From Okamejei kenojei (lineage: Eukaryota), in contig CM069144.1 in assembly GCA_035221665.1 (NCBI GenBank), forward strand, positions 28,706,001 to 28,770,000: 64,000 nucleotides of DNA. Direction: 5' to 3'. How positions within the stretch are numbered: the stretch's first letter is position 1; every line of letters starts with the position of its first letter. The translations under genes and the position numbers were made by a program. Shown here piece by piece: positions 13,007-25,538 of the stretch. The notes below the pieces were generated by a model, which was given only the letters and a program-made list of their open reading frames with translations, was not told the DNA's origin and did no database searches.

Positions 13007-13920
13007 AATTTAGTGAAGAGCAAATAATTCCTTGTGTTTGAGAAGATGGAAACAGATAGTGTCAGATACTAAAGGGGTATAAGAGGGTTGGTAATCACTT
13101 ACTGGAAAGAGAGCAGTGTTCTTAATGTACTAGAGAGTGGGTCAAGTGGGTGTCTAGATACAGCACAGCATTAGTGCTGAAATAGTGAAGGTATATTGGT
13201 ATAGCAAAGGCTTCCTTGTATATTGGAAGGCAGGAAAAGGTTCCGCCAGACACTAGATGGATGGAGAGGTCTCATGGTCAGATACTGATGGAAAGGCTCT
13301 TAATATACTGGAGGGTTGGGTTGAGCGGAGTGGAACCTAAATCAAGGACTTTCCAGAAGATGAGTAGTCATTGGAGTAGAGTCAGGTCTTATGTGTAGAA
13401 GGGCAGGTAACACCCTGTACTTCACAGGCACAAGGAATTCAAAGAATGGTCTGTTCCTTTTTCTAATAAACTGAAAATGAAGTTACTGCTGAGTGAGTTC
13501 ATTCTAAATGGATTTGCTCTCAGTTGGCAATGAACCTGTTTAAGAGTTACTGTTACCTGGAAAGGATTTAGAAGAGTCAAACTCACAACCATCTTTGTTA
13601 TGTTGTGTTTCTGTTACATCTCAATGGAAGGGGGACCATGAATGAAGGGCAGTTAAAATACAGAATCAATTTGTACAGGGTAATGTCCTCCTGACAAACA
13701 AGATAGATTGGAATGTAATCAATGTCTGACAGGTTTGATTGCAGAATAACCAAAATTAAAGCATTGAAACAGGCGGTATGATGCCTCTTCTTTTATCAGC
13801 CCTATTTATCTTACATCTCCTTCCTCATTCTTGGCAACCCCGTTGATTGAATTAGAGGTCTGCATAGTGGTGCAGCTAATAGAGCTGCTACCTCACAGCT
13901 CCCTTGACCCAGATTCAATC

Positions 13921-14857
13921 CCAATCTCCCTCAGCAGAGGAGCACCGCAAAGCTGCTTACTCTTCCCTCTCCTTTACTCTCTATACCAACGACTGCACCT
14001 CCACAGACTCCTCCGTCCAGCTTCTCAAGTTTGCGGAGGACACAACCCTGATCCAGGATGGGGAGGAATCCGCCTACAGACAGGAAGTGACAAAGCTGGC
14101 GTCCTGGAGCCTTCGTAACAACCTGGAACTCATTGCTCTTAAGACTGTGGAATTGATAGTAGACTTTAGGAGAGCTCCCCCTCCCCTCCCCGCACTCACC
14201 ATCAACAACACCACAGTCACATCTGTGGAGTCCTTTAAGTTCCTTGGAACCATCATCTCCAAGGACCTGAAATGGGGGGCCACCATCGACTCCACAGTCA
14301 AAAAGGCCCAACATTGGATGTACTTCCTGCGGCAGGTGAGGAAACACAATCTGCCACAGGCAATGATGTTCTCACCTTCTCCATCATTGTCTGGTTTGGC
14401 TCAGCCACAAAGCACGACATCCGGAGGCTGCAGCGAATTGTTCGATCAGCTGAGAAGGTTATTGGCTGCAACCTTCCCTCCATTGACGAACTGTACACTG
14501 CAAGGGCCAGGAAGCAAGCGGGTAAGATCATCTCTGACCCCTCTCACCCTGGCCACAAGCTCTTTGAATCACTTCCTCTGGAAAGCCACTCCGGACCGTC
14601 AAAGCCGCCACAGCCAGACATAAAAACAGCTTTATCCGCGAGCAGTAGCTTTACTCAATAACCAAAAGTCTGTTGCCTCCTTTTGCTCTGGTATTTTATT
14701 TCATTCACATGTTTAAACTATAATGTTTTATTCTTAATGGTTTACTGTATGTCGTGTTGTTACTTGTGAGCGGAGCACCAAGGCAAATTCCTTGTGTGTG
14801 TACATACTTGGCCAATAAATGTATTCATTCATTCATTCATTCATTCATTCATTCATT
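13921..14857 (+). mobile_element. Rex1/Babar-type non-LTR retrotransposon 3' fragment, inserted in a SINE head
   Basis: LYTNDC..KFAEDTTL..KTVELIVDFRR..FKFLG..DPSHPGHKLF; AATAAA then a (CATT)n tail. SINE sequence stops near 13920 and resumes at 14858. Confidence 0.85.
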
Positions 14858-15449
14858 GCTGTCTATGTGGAGTTTGTATGTCAACGTGCAGGACCCATTC
14901 AACAGAAGCAACCTCCAGTCACTATCACCGACATATCCATATCCAATATCCCTTGGAATATCTTTAGTAATCTTGATCCATTATGTTGATAACACCTCAT
15001 TTTATATCTTCTTAAAGTCCAGTAAGGTTCTTTGTTCAATTCAATGTTCAGCTTAATATATTTTGTACTCCTTGGGTTATAAGGTTCAGCCTGCTGTTTG
15101 CATTTACTTTTGTTGTCCTTCATGCATGTGATCAGGTATATAGCTTTCCAGCCCATTTTTCACCCATGTTATGTGCTTGAATGTCTGATTTCAGTGGGGG
15201 TTTGTTCAGGGTGCTAAAGGTGACAAAAGAAGAACAAATATACATGTTCCTTCTCCAGATCACAGGCCAACTCTTGTTGAACGATGAAGGTGTGGAGAAG
15301 CGACTGTGAACAGCTGAGTTGTCACCAACTGACAGACAGCCCACCTATAGCCGGATGTGGGCATGACTATTGGGGAGGTAGGAAACAGGCGATAGTAACA
15401 AAAATCATACTGCTACAAGAGATAGTAACCTGGGCTGATGGGAGCAGGT

Positions 15450-15790
15450 TACCATAGCATCTTACAGCATGAAAACAGGCCCTTTGGCACAACTATCCCA
15501 CACCAGCCAACGTCCCATCTACACATGTCCCATCTGCCTGCACTTGGCTCATATCTCTCTAAACCTGTCCTATCCATGTACCTGTCTAAATGTTTCTTAA
15601 ACATTGCAATAGTACCTGCATAAACGACATCCTCCGGCAGCTGGTTACATACACCTACCACCCTTTACCTCTCAGGTTCCTATTAAATCTTTCCCCCCTC
15701 ACCTTAAACCTATGTCCTCTGGTTTTCGATTCACCTGCTACGAGGAAGAGATTCTGTGCATCTACCTGATCTATTCCTCTTATGATCTAC
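15450..15790 (-). mobile_element. CR1 3' fragment
   Basis: VGVCNQLPEDVV..FKKHLDRYM plus 3' UTR. Confidence 0.8.
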
Positions 15791-17199
15791 AGAGCAGAGC
15801 TACAGTTTGATTCTCAATCTCTACCTTCCATGATAGCGAAATGTGGCTGGAATGATGCAAACCTGCAGACTAAGGGTCTTTTTGTTTTAACTGTGCTATT
15901 AACAGGTGGGGTTTTCTGTGTTACACTATTGCAATGGAATATTTCCGTCAGATTCTGCAGCAGCGCAAATGCGTGGCATCGTTTGGCTTCATAGTTTTAT
16001 AACAATGAATGAGCCAGTGAAAATTACAGAGCTACATAATTATTTACCTTCATTTAATTCCTTCCTGATGCCCTACAATTAACAATCTATTACATACTGG
16101 ATGTAATTACACACCACTCAGATAACACAGGTCCTCGCGGTGAGCCTTTCATGACTATTAATGGGGGTGTATTTTGAATCAGGCAATGGAGAAATTCAGG
16201 GACAGGCAACAAGGGGCTCTCTCTGGACAGATGACCAGCAGTCTCTCAGGAGGAAGAAGGAGAGGTTAAAGGAGAACTTGGAGCAAAGGATTTTAAAAGT
16301 GTAAGTGAAATAGGAAGCATTGGAAATGGACTGATCTGACAGAGCTGCACTGAAGAATTTACATTATTTATTAAATATTAAACAAACTATTTTTGCTGCC
16401 AATGTAGTGACACGTGCACACGCTTTAACTCCAGACTGCTTCAGAATTACACTGTAATTCAGCAGTGCACCTCTATAAGATCACTTTAAAGCCTACTGAG
16501 CTCCAAAGAATAAAGTCCTAACCTCCCAAACCTCTCCATATAGTTCAGGCCCTTGAGGAATTCTTCATAGAGGGAATAGGTGAGTAAAAGAGGTTCAGGA
16601 AAAAAACATATGTGGTACATGAATGGAATGTGATAAACAAAGCCCTATTGATTTCAGTAAATAGTTTGAGGATTAAACATTAGGTAATTCCCAATAGTAA
16701 CAGCATTTTATAAATTATTCTGATAAGGTAAATCTAATAAAATCTAAGAAACAGAGGTTGGCCAAGCAACTCAGACCTGAGGAAAGAATATAATGTACAA
16801 TGTACATGAGGGAATAATTACAAAAACGAAGAGAAACGGTGGTGTGTGTGGGATACCTGTTTGAAGCAGCTGAGCAGATTGAGGAAATGATGCTGTGTTT
16901 CATAGAGATAAAGATCACACAGCAAAGAAGTCATAATGAACCTTCATAAATGACTGGTTTGTCTAGTTCGGGGAATCACACTTTAGAAAAGATGTGAGGT
17001 TTTGGTGAAAATGCAGGAGGGATTTGCCAACATGTTTCCAGGAATAAGGGACGATTTGAGAAGCTGAGGTTCTTCTTGGAAAAGAGGAGACTGTGGGGAA
17101 ACAATTGAGAACATAATAGGTGTTTAGGGTCTTAAATTCACCACTTGAAGATAGATCCAATTTGTATTGCTTAGAAAGAAGCTGAATAAAGTGGTGCAG

Positions 17200-17860
17200 C
17201 TCAGAGAGTGGTGCAACTCAGGAACAGACCCTTCAGTCCCCGTGTCCATGCTGACTGAGATGTACATCTACGCTAATCACATTTTCCTGCATAGCCCATA
17301 CTCCTCTAATCATTTCCTATCCATGTACTTGTCCAAATGCTTTTCAAACACTGTGACTGTGTCTTCCTCTACCACCTTTACCGGTAATTTGTTCCATGTA
17401 CCCACCACTGAAAAACGTGTCCGTCAGATCACTTTTAAATAATTCCCCTCAGACCTTAAACCTATGCCCTCCAGTTTTAGACATCCTACTCTTTGAACAA
17501 GACTGTGATCCGCCCTATCTTTGTTGCATGATTTGATAAATCTCTGTAAGGTCACCCCTCAGCCTCCTGCGCTCCAGTGAGAACAATCTCAGCCTATCCA
17601 AACTCTTCTTGTAACTAAAGCCCTCCATTCCAGGCATTATCCTGGTTCTGCACTCCTTCTAAGGCGACCACATCCTTCCAATGGTGAAGTGACTGGAACT
17701 GCACACAATATTACAAGCGCAGCCAATGTTTTGAACAACTGCAACATGATGTCCCAACTCTTATACTCAATACACTTGCCTATGAAGGTAAGCAAATCAA
17801 ATGTCCCCTTCACTACCCTATCTATTTATGCAGCTATTCTCCGGGAGTTATTCAATGACA
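17200..17860 (-). mobile_element. Degenerate CR1 3' fragment
   Basis: Homologous to the 3' part of the CR1 at 46295-48215. Confidence 0.7.
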
Positions 17861-18241
17861 CTTTATCAATTCAATGACACTTTATTGTCACGTGTCCCTG
17901 GGTACAGTGAAATTCTTTGTTTTACATACAACCCGGTAAAGACCTCACCTAGGCAGTACACAAGAGTCGCCACATATCTGGTGCCGACTAAGTTAAAAAA
18001 GTAAATCAGTTTTATCTTCTGCTCGCAGCGATGAACCCGTCGGGTCCCCCCCCCTTCTTTGTTCTCGCCACACCTTCCGCCTAGTCCCCCCTTCATTCAA
18101 AGCATATCCCCCCCCCCCCACGCCACCATCGGGTTGCTTTTGGCGGTACCCCTATGCTCTCAGCAGCGCGGGTCTCCCCTCGCTTTCAATGGTGTGGGTC
18201 CCTCCTCCCTCTCGGCAACGCAGGTTGAAATTGGACTCTAA

Positions 18242-18530
18242 TGCCCCTGTCCCACTTAGGAAACCTGAACGGAAACTTCTGGAGACTTTGCGTCCCACCC
18301 AAGGTTTCCGTGCGATTCCCGGAGGTTTTTGTCCTCCGGCAACCACCTTCAACTACAACCGCAACCGCCTTCGACTAAAAAATTACCGATTTTTAAAACG
18401 GAAACCACTTTTGACCATTAGGGAGACTGACAAAAACCTCCGGGAACTTCCAGGAACCACACGGAAACCTTGGGTGGGGCGCAAAGTCTCCAGAGGTTTC
18501 GGTTCAGGTTTCCTAAGTGGGACAGGGGCA
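18242..18530. mobile_element. PIF/Harbinger-type MITE
   Basis: Long imperfect TIR starting TGCCCCTGTCCCACTTAGGAAACCTGAAC. TAA TSD at 18239-18241 and 18531-18533. Confidence 0.88.
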
Positions 18531-18950
18531 TAAGGTTGCTCTATATCAATGCTTCCAAGGTCAGTTGTGTATGACTGCCAAGATTAGACAAACCGGAATT
18601 CGGTGGACATAACTTGCAGGGCTGTGGGGAGACTGTGGGGATGTGAGTCCAGCTAGATTACTTTTACATAGACCTAGCCTGGATTCAGTTTGCCGAATAG
18701 GTTCATGTGCTGTAACTCTTGTGATCCTGAGCAGTGATCCCGCATATGGCCACGATAAACAAGATACCATGAATCAGGGATACCTCACAATGAAATAGGG
18801 AATTACCCCAGACGTAGTGGAACTTGCTGCTGTAGAGACTGATTGAGGTGAATGGAAAAGAGGAGTTGAAGGATAATGTAGCTAATGTGGGAGAAGAGAA
18901 TGGGGTAAATTTCCTGGTAGGAGTTGGATGTAAAGTTCTTGAAAGCACCA

Positions 18951-19080
18951 ATATGGACGTGAAGGGAATGGAGGGGTATGGTCTGAGTGCAGGTAGATGG
19001 GACTAGGGGAAAACAAATGGTCGGCACGGACTGGAAGGGCCGAGAGGGCCTGTTTCCGTGCTGTAATTGTTATATGGTTA
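18951..19080 (+). mobile_element. Very short, young CR1 3' end
   Basis: 130 nt identical by eye to 55127-55256. Flanked by duplicated aatatggac. Confidence 0.85.
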
Positions 19081-19649
19081 ATATGGACTACATGGGCTGA
19101 ATACCCTGTTCCATGTCATATATTTCATTTCATTCAATGGAAATAATTACATGAACAAGAACTGTAATGAGATGAGATTGGTGAACAAAGGGAATCACTA
19201 ATGAAAGACATAACAGTTTATGGAATGACAAATTATCTCAGGGATGAAATGCTGCAACATCTTTCGTTAAGCAAGGCAAGGAAATAAGCAGGGCAATCAA
19301 AACCATGACAGCGAAAAAGGTTTGCAGCAAAATGAAACCAGTTAATACCCGAACATCACGGTGAGACCATTCAGCTGCTGCTCAAGCCTATTCCACAATT
19401 CAATTTTACTTCGGAGTCACGTGAGTGACTACGTGAAGAGCCCGCCTCACGCTGGCAAACGGCATTACGTCGACGCTGACGGCGGAAGGAGGAGCTGCAG
19501 TAAGGAGCAGCTCCTCGCAGCGGTCGGAACGGCCCCGCAGGTAAGTGCAGCAAAGTCGGGATGTTTTTTAGCGTACGCTGGGTGGGTCCAGCAGTAAAAG
19601 TAAAGTAAAATAAAAGTCAGAGTCACGTTAAAGTGCTGTTTAGCACAGA

Positions 19650-20850
19650 TTAATGAAAGAAATGGAGAAATCGGCAAAGAAAATTCGCGGGTAAAAAGAG
19701 CTTCCCGGGGTGAAAATAAAAATACGGGAAAAAAAGCTAGTGCGGATCCGGTTCCGATACCGGTGGCCACTGATATACCCGTTAGCGAGTTCTAGATTCT
19801 CCAGAAGGTATAACCACGGAGAGAAATGCTCCTAAAAATGTAAAAGAAATCTGAGAGGCCCGTGGTTCTGATGACTCTGATACTGAAAGTCCTCCAGATA
19901 ATTAAACTATGTGGAACTAATCATGGAGCATATGGAGAAAGTTCTCCAAAAAATTATGAGACTAGGGTCACAGTACCCAGAAGGTTCCCAAAAAAGCCCT
20001 GAGGGGTTTAATTATTCTGAATATGGCTGTGGGCCTAATTGGGAGTTGGAACTCCGGACCCAGGATTTGGGCCGAAGGAAGTCTCATGGGATGAAATCCC
20101 AATTGATTTAGGGCTGCAGAAGGCAGACCCTGCTGATGGTGATTTGCATTTGAAAACACACCACAAAATAAAAGAAAGGCCAAATGTGCCTGGGATAGCA
20201 AAAGAATTTGCTATATATGAAGGAAGTGGTGAGGCTATGGAAGAAAACCTAGCTGCCAACATTAATATATGGTATCTCACCAACTTCATGATTCTGTGAT
20301 GATTGAAACATCAGAATTATAAACGCACAGGAAATTGTGCCTCATTGGAAGTGCCTACGGTTTATCCGTTGATATGGGCATCCATGACCCCAAATATGAG
20401 AGCTCAAGAAGTGAGGTTCAAAAATCCTCACAAATTATTCTGCTGCCATTATGGCTTTTGGGGAGATGGATAAGTTTAGGAAAGAGGGCCTATTGTGCAA
20501 ATTCTTTCTATGAAATTATTGTATGAGGAAAATGGCTATTCGGCCCATATTTCACCCAAGGTTTGCAAGCCTGTGTCGAGCAAGTGGTGTTCAAGCTCCT
20601 GGTTATCTGTTTGGAGTAAATCTGCCTAAATTATTAAAAATTGGATGAAGAAGCTAAAAATTTTAGCTGCATGAAACCTTCGTCTTAGGACAAAAAAGGT
20701 ATTTTTCGCCCAGAAGGGGATTTGATTTTGGAAATAGAGGCAGAAATATGTCAAGGAAATATTATTGTACTGCACAGCCCAATACTTACCCGTATTCGGG
20801 GAAAAGGAGACCACCACGCTCATATGGAGAGGTATTAAAGACTTGTTCTA
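19650..20850 (+). pseudogene. DIRS gag-like ORF remnant
   Basis: Position between the left terminus and RT. Fragmented frames (e.g. GIAKEFAIYEGSGEAMEENLAANIN). Confidence 0.55.
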
Positions 20851-20879
20851 TCCTTAAAGAAACTGCGGATTAATCTCCA

Positions 20880-21783
20880 GTTGGAGGGAGATTACAAAAG
20901 TTTTATAAAGACTGGCTTACTATTACTTCTGATCGGTTTATTTTTACAAGCAGTTTCAGGAGCCACTATTACATTTAAAGAAGGGGTTAATCCTCCAGTA
21001 CAGATAAACCTGCCTATGCTTTCGTGTTTACTGCAATTGGAAAAGCAGAGATTAATGTGGAAATTGACAAATTATCTGAAAAGGGGGTTATTGAAAAAAC
21101 TTATGAACACGAGCATCAATTGTGTCTAAGATATTTCAAAAGACATAAAAAGATGGTGTTTGCAGAATTATTCTGGACCTTACAGATCTAAATAAGTGGT
21201 AGAATACAAACTTTTAAATGGAAACATTTAATACTGCAAGATATTTAATATCAGCAGGTTGTTATATGGCTACGATTGATTTGAAAAACGCCTATTATTC
21301 TGTACCAATACATCAGGTTCTGGAGGTACTTAAAATTTAATTGGCTGGGACAATTATGGCAGTTTAAAGCTTTGCCAAATGGATTGAGTTCAGCTCCCAG
21401 GCTCTTTACTAAACTGTTGAAACCAGTTTTAGCCCAATTAAGAGTACAAAAACACATCGTTATGGCTTATCTCGATGACATTCTAATCATTTATGGCAAT
21501 CAAGAGTCAGCTGAGAATTAGTTTCAGTACAAAGCTTTGTTAAAGCTAGGGTTCTTGATTCATCCAATTAAATCCCAGCTGCAGCCAGCACAATCAATTA
21601 ACTATTTGGAGTTTGTAATTAACTCAGAAACTATGTTAATACTTTACCAACAAAGATAAAGTTGATGATTTTTTGGTGACTTGTAATAATCTCATTCACA
21701 AACTTATCCTTCCATCCGAGAAGTAGCGAAAACTATTGGTAAACTAGTAGCAGCATTTCCTGCAGTAGAATTTGGTCCATTAC
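20880..21783 (+). pseudogene. DIRS reverse transcriptase, frameshifted and split by the L1
   Basis: KKDGVCRIILDL..ATIDLKNAYYSVPI..LPNGLSSAPRLFTKLLK..YLDD (21468-21479). Continues after 25538. Confidence 0.9.
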
Positions 21784-24700
21784 TAACTTCTAAGTCAAGT
21801 ACATTTATAAATTATTTTATTAACACAGCAAACGTTAAGGATATCTGGAGAACAGATAACCCATCTGGTCGAGAATATTCATTTTTTTCAACTGTATTTG
21901 GAACCTATTCGCGGATAGACTATTTTTTAATAGACTCAAAACTAATTCCATTTACATATGACTCAAAATATCATAATATTATTATCTCGGATCATGCTCC
22001 ATTAACATTTAAGATAAAATTAAAAGATATAATTATTAAAACCTGTAACTGGAGACTCAACCCCCAAATATTAAAGGATAGGGCTTGTTATGATTACTTG
22101 GTAAAACAGATTAAACTATTTTTTGAAACTAATGACAAACCTGGAATTTCACCATCATTGCTCTGGGATACATTTAAAGCATTTATGCGTGGTGCGATAA
22201 TATCAGCTCAAGCATATTTTAATAAAGAAAATCGAAAGACTCAACAAAAGTTGGAAAATGAAATAAAACTATTAGATATTGAAAATGCAATATCCCCTTC
22301 TAAGGGATTAAGTAATAAAATTGTATCATTAAAATACAAGCTAAATAAAATATACTCAAATCAGATTATTAAACTTTTTCAACAGACTAAACAAGTACAT
22401 TTTGAATTTGAGGGATAAACCACAAAAATTACTGGCACGACAGCTTAGAAAATTAGATGAGGAGAAAATGATACATAAAAATTAGATCTGATCAAGGAGA
22501 AATATTGACTTTACCAAAAGATATTAATGATACATTTTTACAATATTATCAAAATCTTTACTTATCTAAACTAGCAGGACAATCAGATGGAATGGAAACA
22601 TTCCTACAGGAATGTCAGGTTAATAGTTTAGATCAGGAAGGTATAGACTTGTTAAACGCTGATATATCAGTAAAAGATATTGAAGAATCAATTGGATCAT
22701 TAAATAACGGAAAAGGGGCAGGCCCTGATGGCTTAGGTGTTGAATTTTATAAGAAGTTTCATGATCTGATCTCCCCACGTTTACATACAATATATAAATA
22801 TGCTTATGAACAAGGAAAGTTACCAGAATCATTAAACAAGTCTACAATTACACTTATCCCTAAAGCTGATAAAGATTTGGAGGACCCTGGATCATATAGA
22901 GCAATAGCTCTTTTAAATACAGATCAAAAAATACTAACTAAAATTTTATCTCGGAGGCTAAGTTTAGTGATTAATAAATTAATACATCGTGACCAAACAG
23001 GTTTTATTCCAAAACGCTATTCATCCTATAATCTGAGACGTCTATTCAATGTCATGTACTCAAAAAGAGTGAATGATGCTGAACTAGCTGTCATATCCTT
23101 AGATGCTGAAAAAGCATTTGACCAGGTTGAATGGCCATATTTATTTAAAATAATGCAGAAATTTCAACTGGGGGATATATTCTCCAAATGGGTAAAAATC
23201 ATATACTCGAATCCAACTGCAAGAATATTAACAAATCAAATGCTATCAGCAAAATTTAAACTCTTTAGGGGTTGTAGACAAGGATGCCCGTTATCACCAT
23301 TATTATTTGCTCTGGTAATAGAACCATTAGCTGAAAGGATTAGATCAGAACCAGAAATATATGGATATAATACCAAAACTACAACGAATAAAATATCTCT
23401 ATACGCAGACGACATCTTAATTTATATTACAAAACCGGAGATTAGTATTCCTAATCTATTTAATGTCATAACTAAGTTTAGTACATTTTCTGGGTATAGA
23501 ATTAATTGTAATAAAAGTGAAATTATGCCTATAACTGGAATAAAATTAAATATATTAGAACAATTCCCACTTAAAATAGTTACGGACAAACTCAAATATT
23601 TAGGAATTAATGTATCTAAATCGTATAACTGTCTATTTAAATATAATTACCCGCAATTATTAAATAAACTAAAGAAATATATTTTATATTGGAAAACACT
23701 ACCTATATCAATGATCGGTAGAATAAATGCTATAAAAATGATTTTTTTACCACAATTGTTATATTTATTTCAAGCAATCCCCTTATATCTCCCTAAAATG
23801 TTTTTTAAAAATATAGATACTTTGGTTAATAGTTTTATTTGGGACTATAAAAACCATCGAATAAGTAAAAAACATCTATGTAAATCTAAAATAAATGGTG
23901 GACTAGCACTACCAAATTTCCTATATTATTTCTGGGCAGTTCAGATTAAGAATATGAATTGTTGGTTGGTAAATTTAGATCATGAACCAAGCTGGCTAAA
24001 GATGGAAAAGGAAGACTGTTTGCCTTTTGATGTAGGTTCGATTCTTTTTGCACCAAGGGAAGTACAAAAAAAAAAGTATGGTAACAACCCTATAATTCAT
24101 AGCTATAGACGTATTTGGAAACAAATAGTTAAGACCCTACATATGGATAATTTGTCACTTTGTTTGCCAATTATGAATAATCCTTTGTTTAAGCCCTCTG
24201 TATTGGACAAGGGGTTTAAACATTGGAATGATTTAGGAATTAAAAGGATAGAACACCTTTATAAGGAAGGAAAATTTCTCTCATTTCAAGAGTTACAGGA
24301 TATCTATGGATTGCAGTCAAATAACATATTTAGGTATTTACAAATTAGAAATTATATTAAGTCAAATATGCAAGACTATAAAAATAGAAAACCAGGATTA
24401 TTAGATGAATTGTTTAATAAACACCCAAATACAGAAAAATTAATAGCGTATATATATATAATACTATTTTGGATAAGGAAATCCCAACTTCGGAAATATA
24501 TCGACAAACATGGGAAAATGAAATGGGTTTATCTATAACGAAGGAAATTTGGGAAGAAAGTCTACAATGTATACATCGTTGCTCATTAAATGCTAGACAT
24601 ATATTGATACAATTTAAGGTATTACACAGATTACATTACTCAAAAAACGAAATTAAATAGAATTTATTCTAACATTTCTCCTATTTGTGATAAATGTCAG

Positions 24701-25521
24701 AACTTGGAAGCTAATTTAACGCATAGTTTTGTAACATGTATAAAACTTAATTATTATTGGATAGAAATCTTTAGAGTTATTTCTGAAGTTTCTTAAAATT
24801 AAACTAGACCCAGATCCAAAATTAATAATATTAGGAGTTCCGGATTCAAATCTAACATTAACAGTAAACCAAAGAAATTTCTTGGATTACTGTTTGATAA
24901 TAGGGAAAAAATTAATATTGAAATTTTGGAAGGGAACATTATCCCCCACAATTAAAATGTGGACAGTGGAAATGTTGGAGATGTTGCATTTGGAAAGAAT
25001 CAGATTTGTCCTAATGGACAAACACGAACTCTTTGAACAGATATGGTCTCCATATACAGAATATTTGAAGGGGTAGCTGTTCTTGGCATCACAACTCAAT
25101 GGATACCCGGCAGGATTAGATGAAAATAACTCTTTGTTTCTCTTTTTGATTTGTATACATGTCTCCATTAATATTGTATTTGAAATAGTTATTCACTATT
25201 AAGATGTAGAGTATAATCTCTCTCTTTTTCTATATAATACTTTATTTTAATTAAATATAAATAACAAGAATATATACATATACATATATATTTTTCTCCT
25301 CTTTTTTCTTTTCCACTTTTTTTTATAATCAAAATTATTATTTAATCACCACTTTTATTGATTAAAATCTATTCCTTTCTTTTTCTACTTTAAAAAAAAT
25401 AGAAGTTTATAAGTACTATTCGTAACATTCGTATACTTATTGAAATAAGTTGGTTGTGTATTGTAAAAGTTGTAATACCGTTGTTATGATGGATTCCTTT
25501 TAATAAAAATATTATTACAAA
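21784..25521 (+). mobile_element. 5'-truncated L1/Tx1-clade LINE nested in the DIRS RT
   Basis: Endonuclease end (YSRIDYF..SDHAP), RT (LDAEKAFD, RQGCPLSP, YADD), CDKC..H..C knuckle, AATAAA and A tail. 17-bp TSD AGAATTTGGTCCATTAC at 21767-21783 and 25522-25538. Confidence 0.95.
22505..24538 (+). pseudogene. L1 ORF2 RT domain, longest open stretch (677 aa)
   Basis: ORF track shows GPDG, YRAIALLNTD, QTGF, LDAEKAFD, QGCPLSP, YADD and KYLGI. Frameshifts on both sides. Confidence 0.9.
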
Positions 25522-25538
25522 AGAATTTGGTCCATTAC

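Noticed and set aside
12290-13620. Purine-rich stretch that may be a very old minus-strand LINE
   Set aside because: No diagnostic RT or endonuclease motif could be recovered by eye, so it is left unassigned.
19361-19597. ORFs here and at 27844-28038 share the peptide DYVKSPPHAGKRH
   Set aside because: This is only the translation of the 36-nt DIRS terminal repeat, not a protein repeat.
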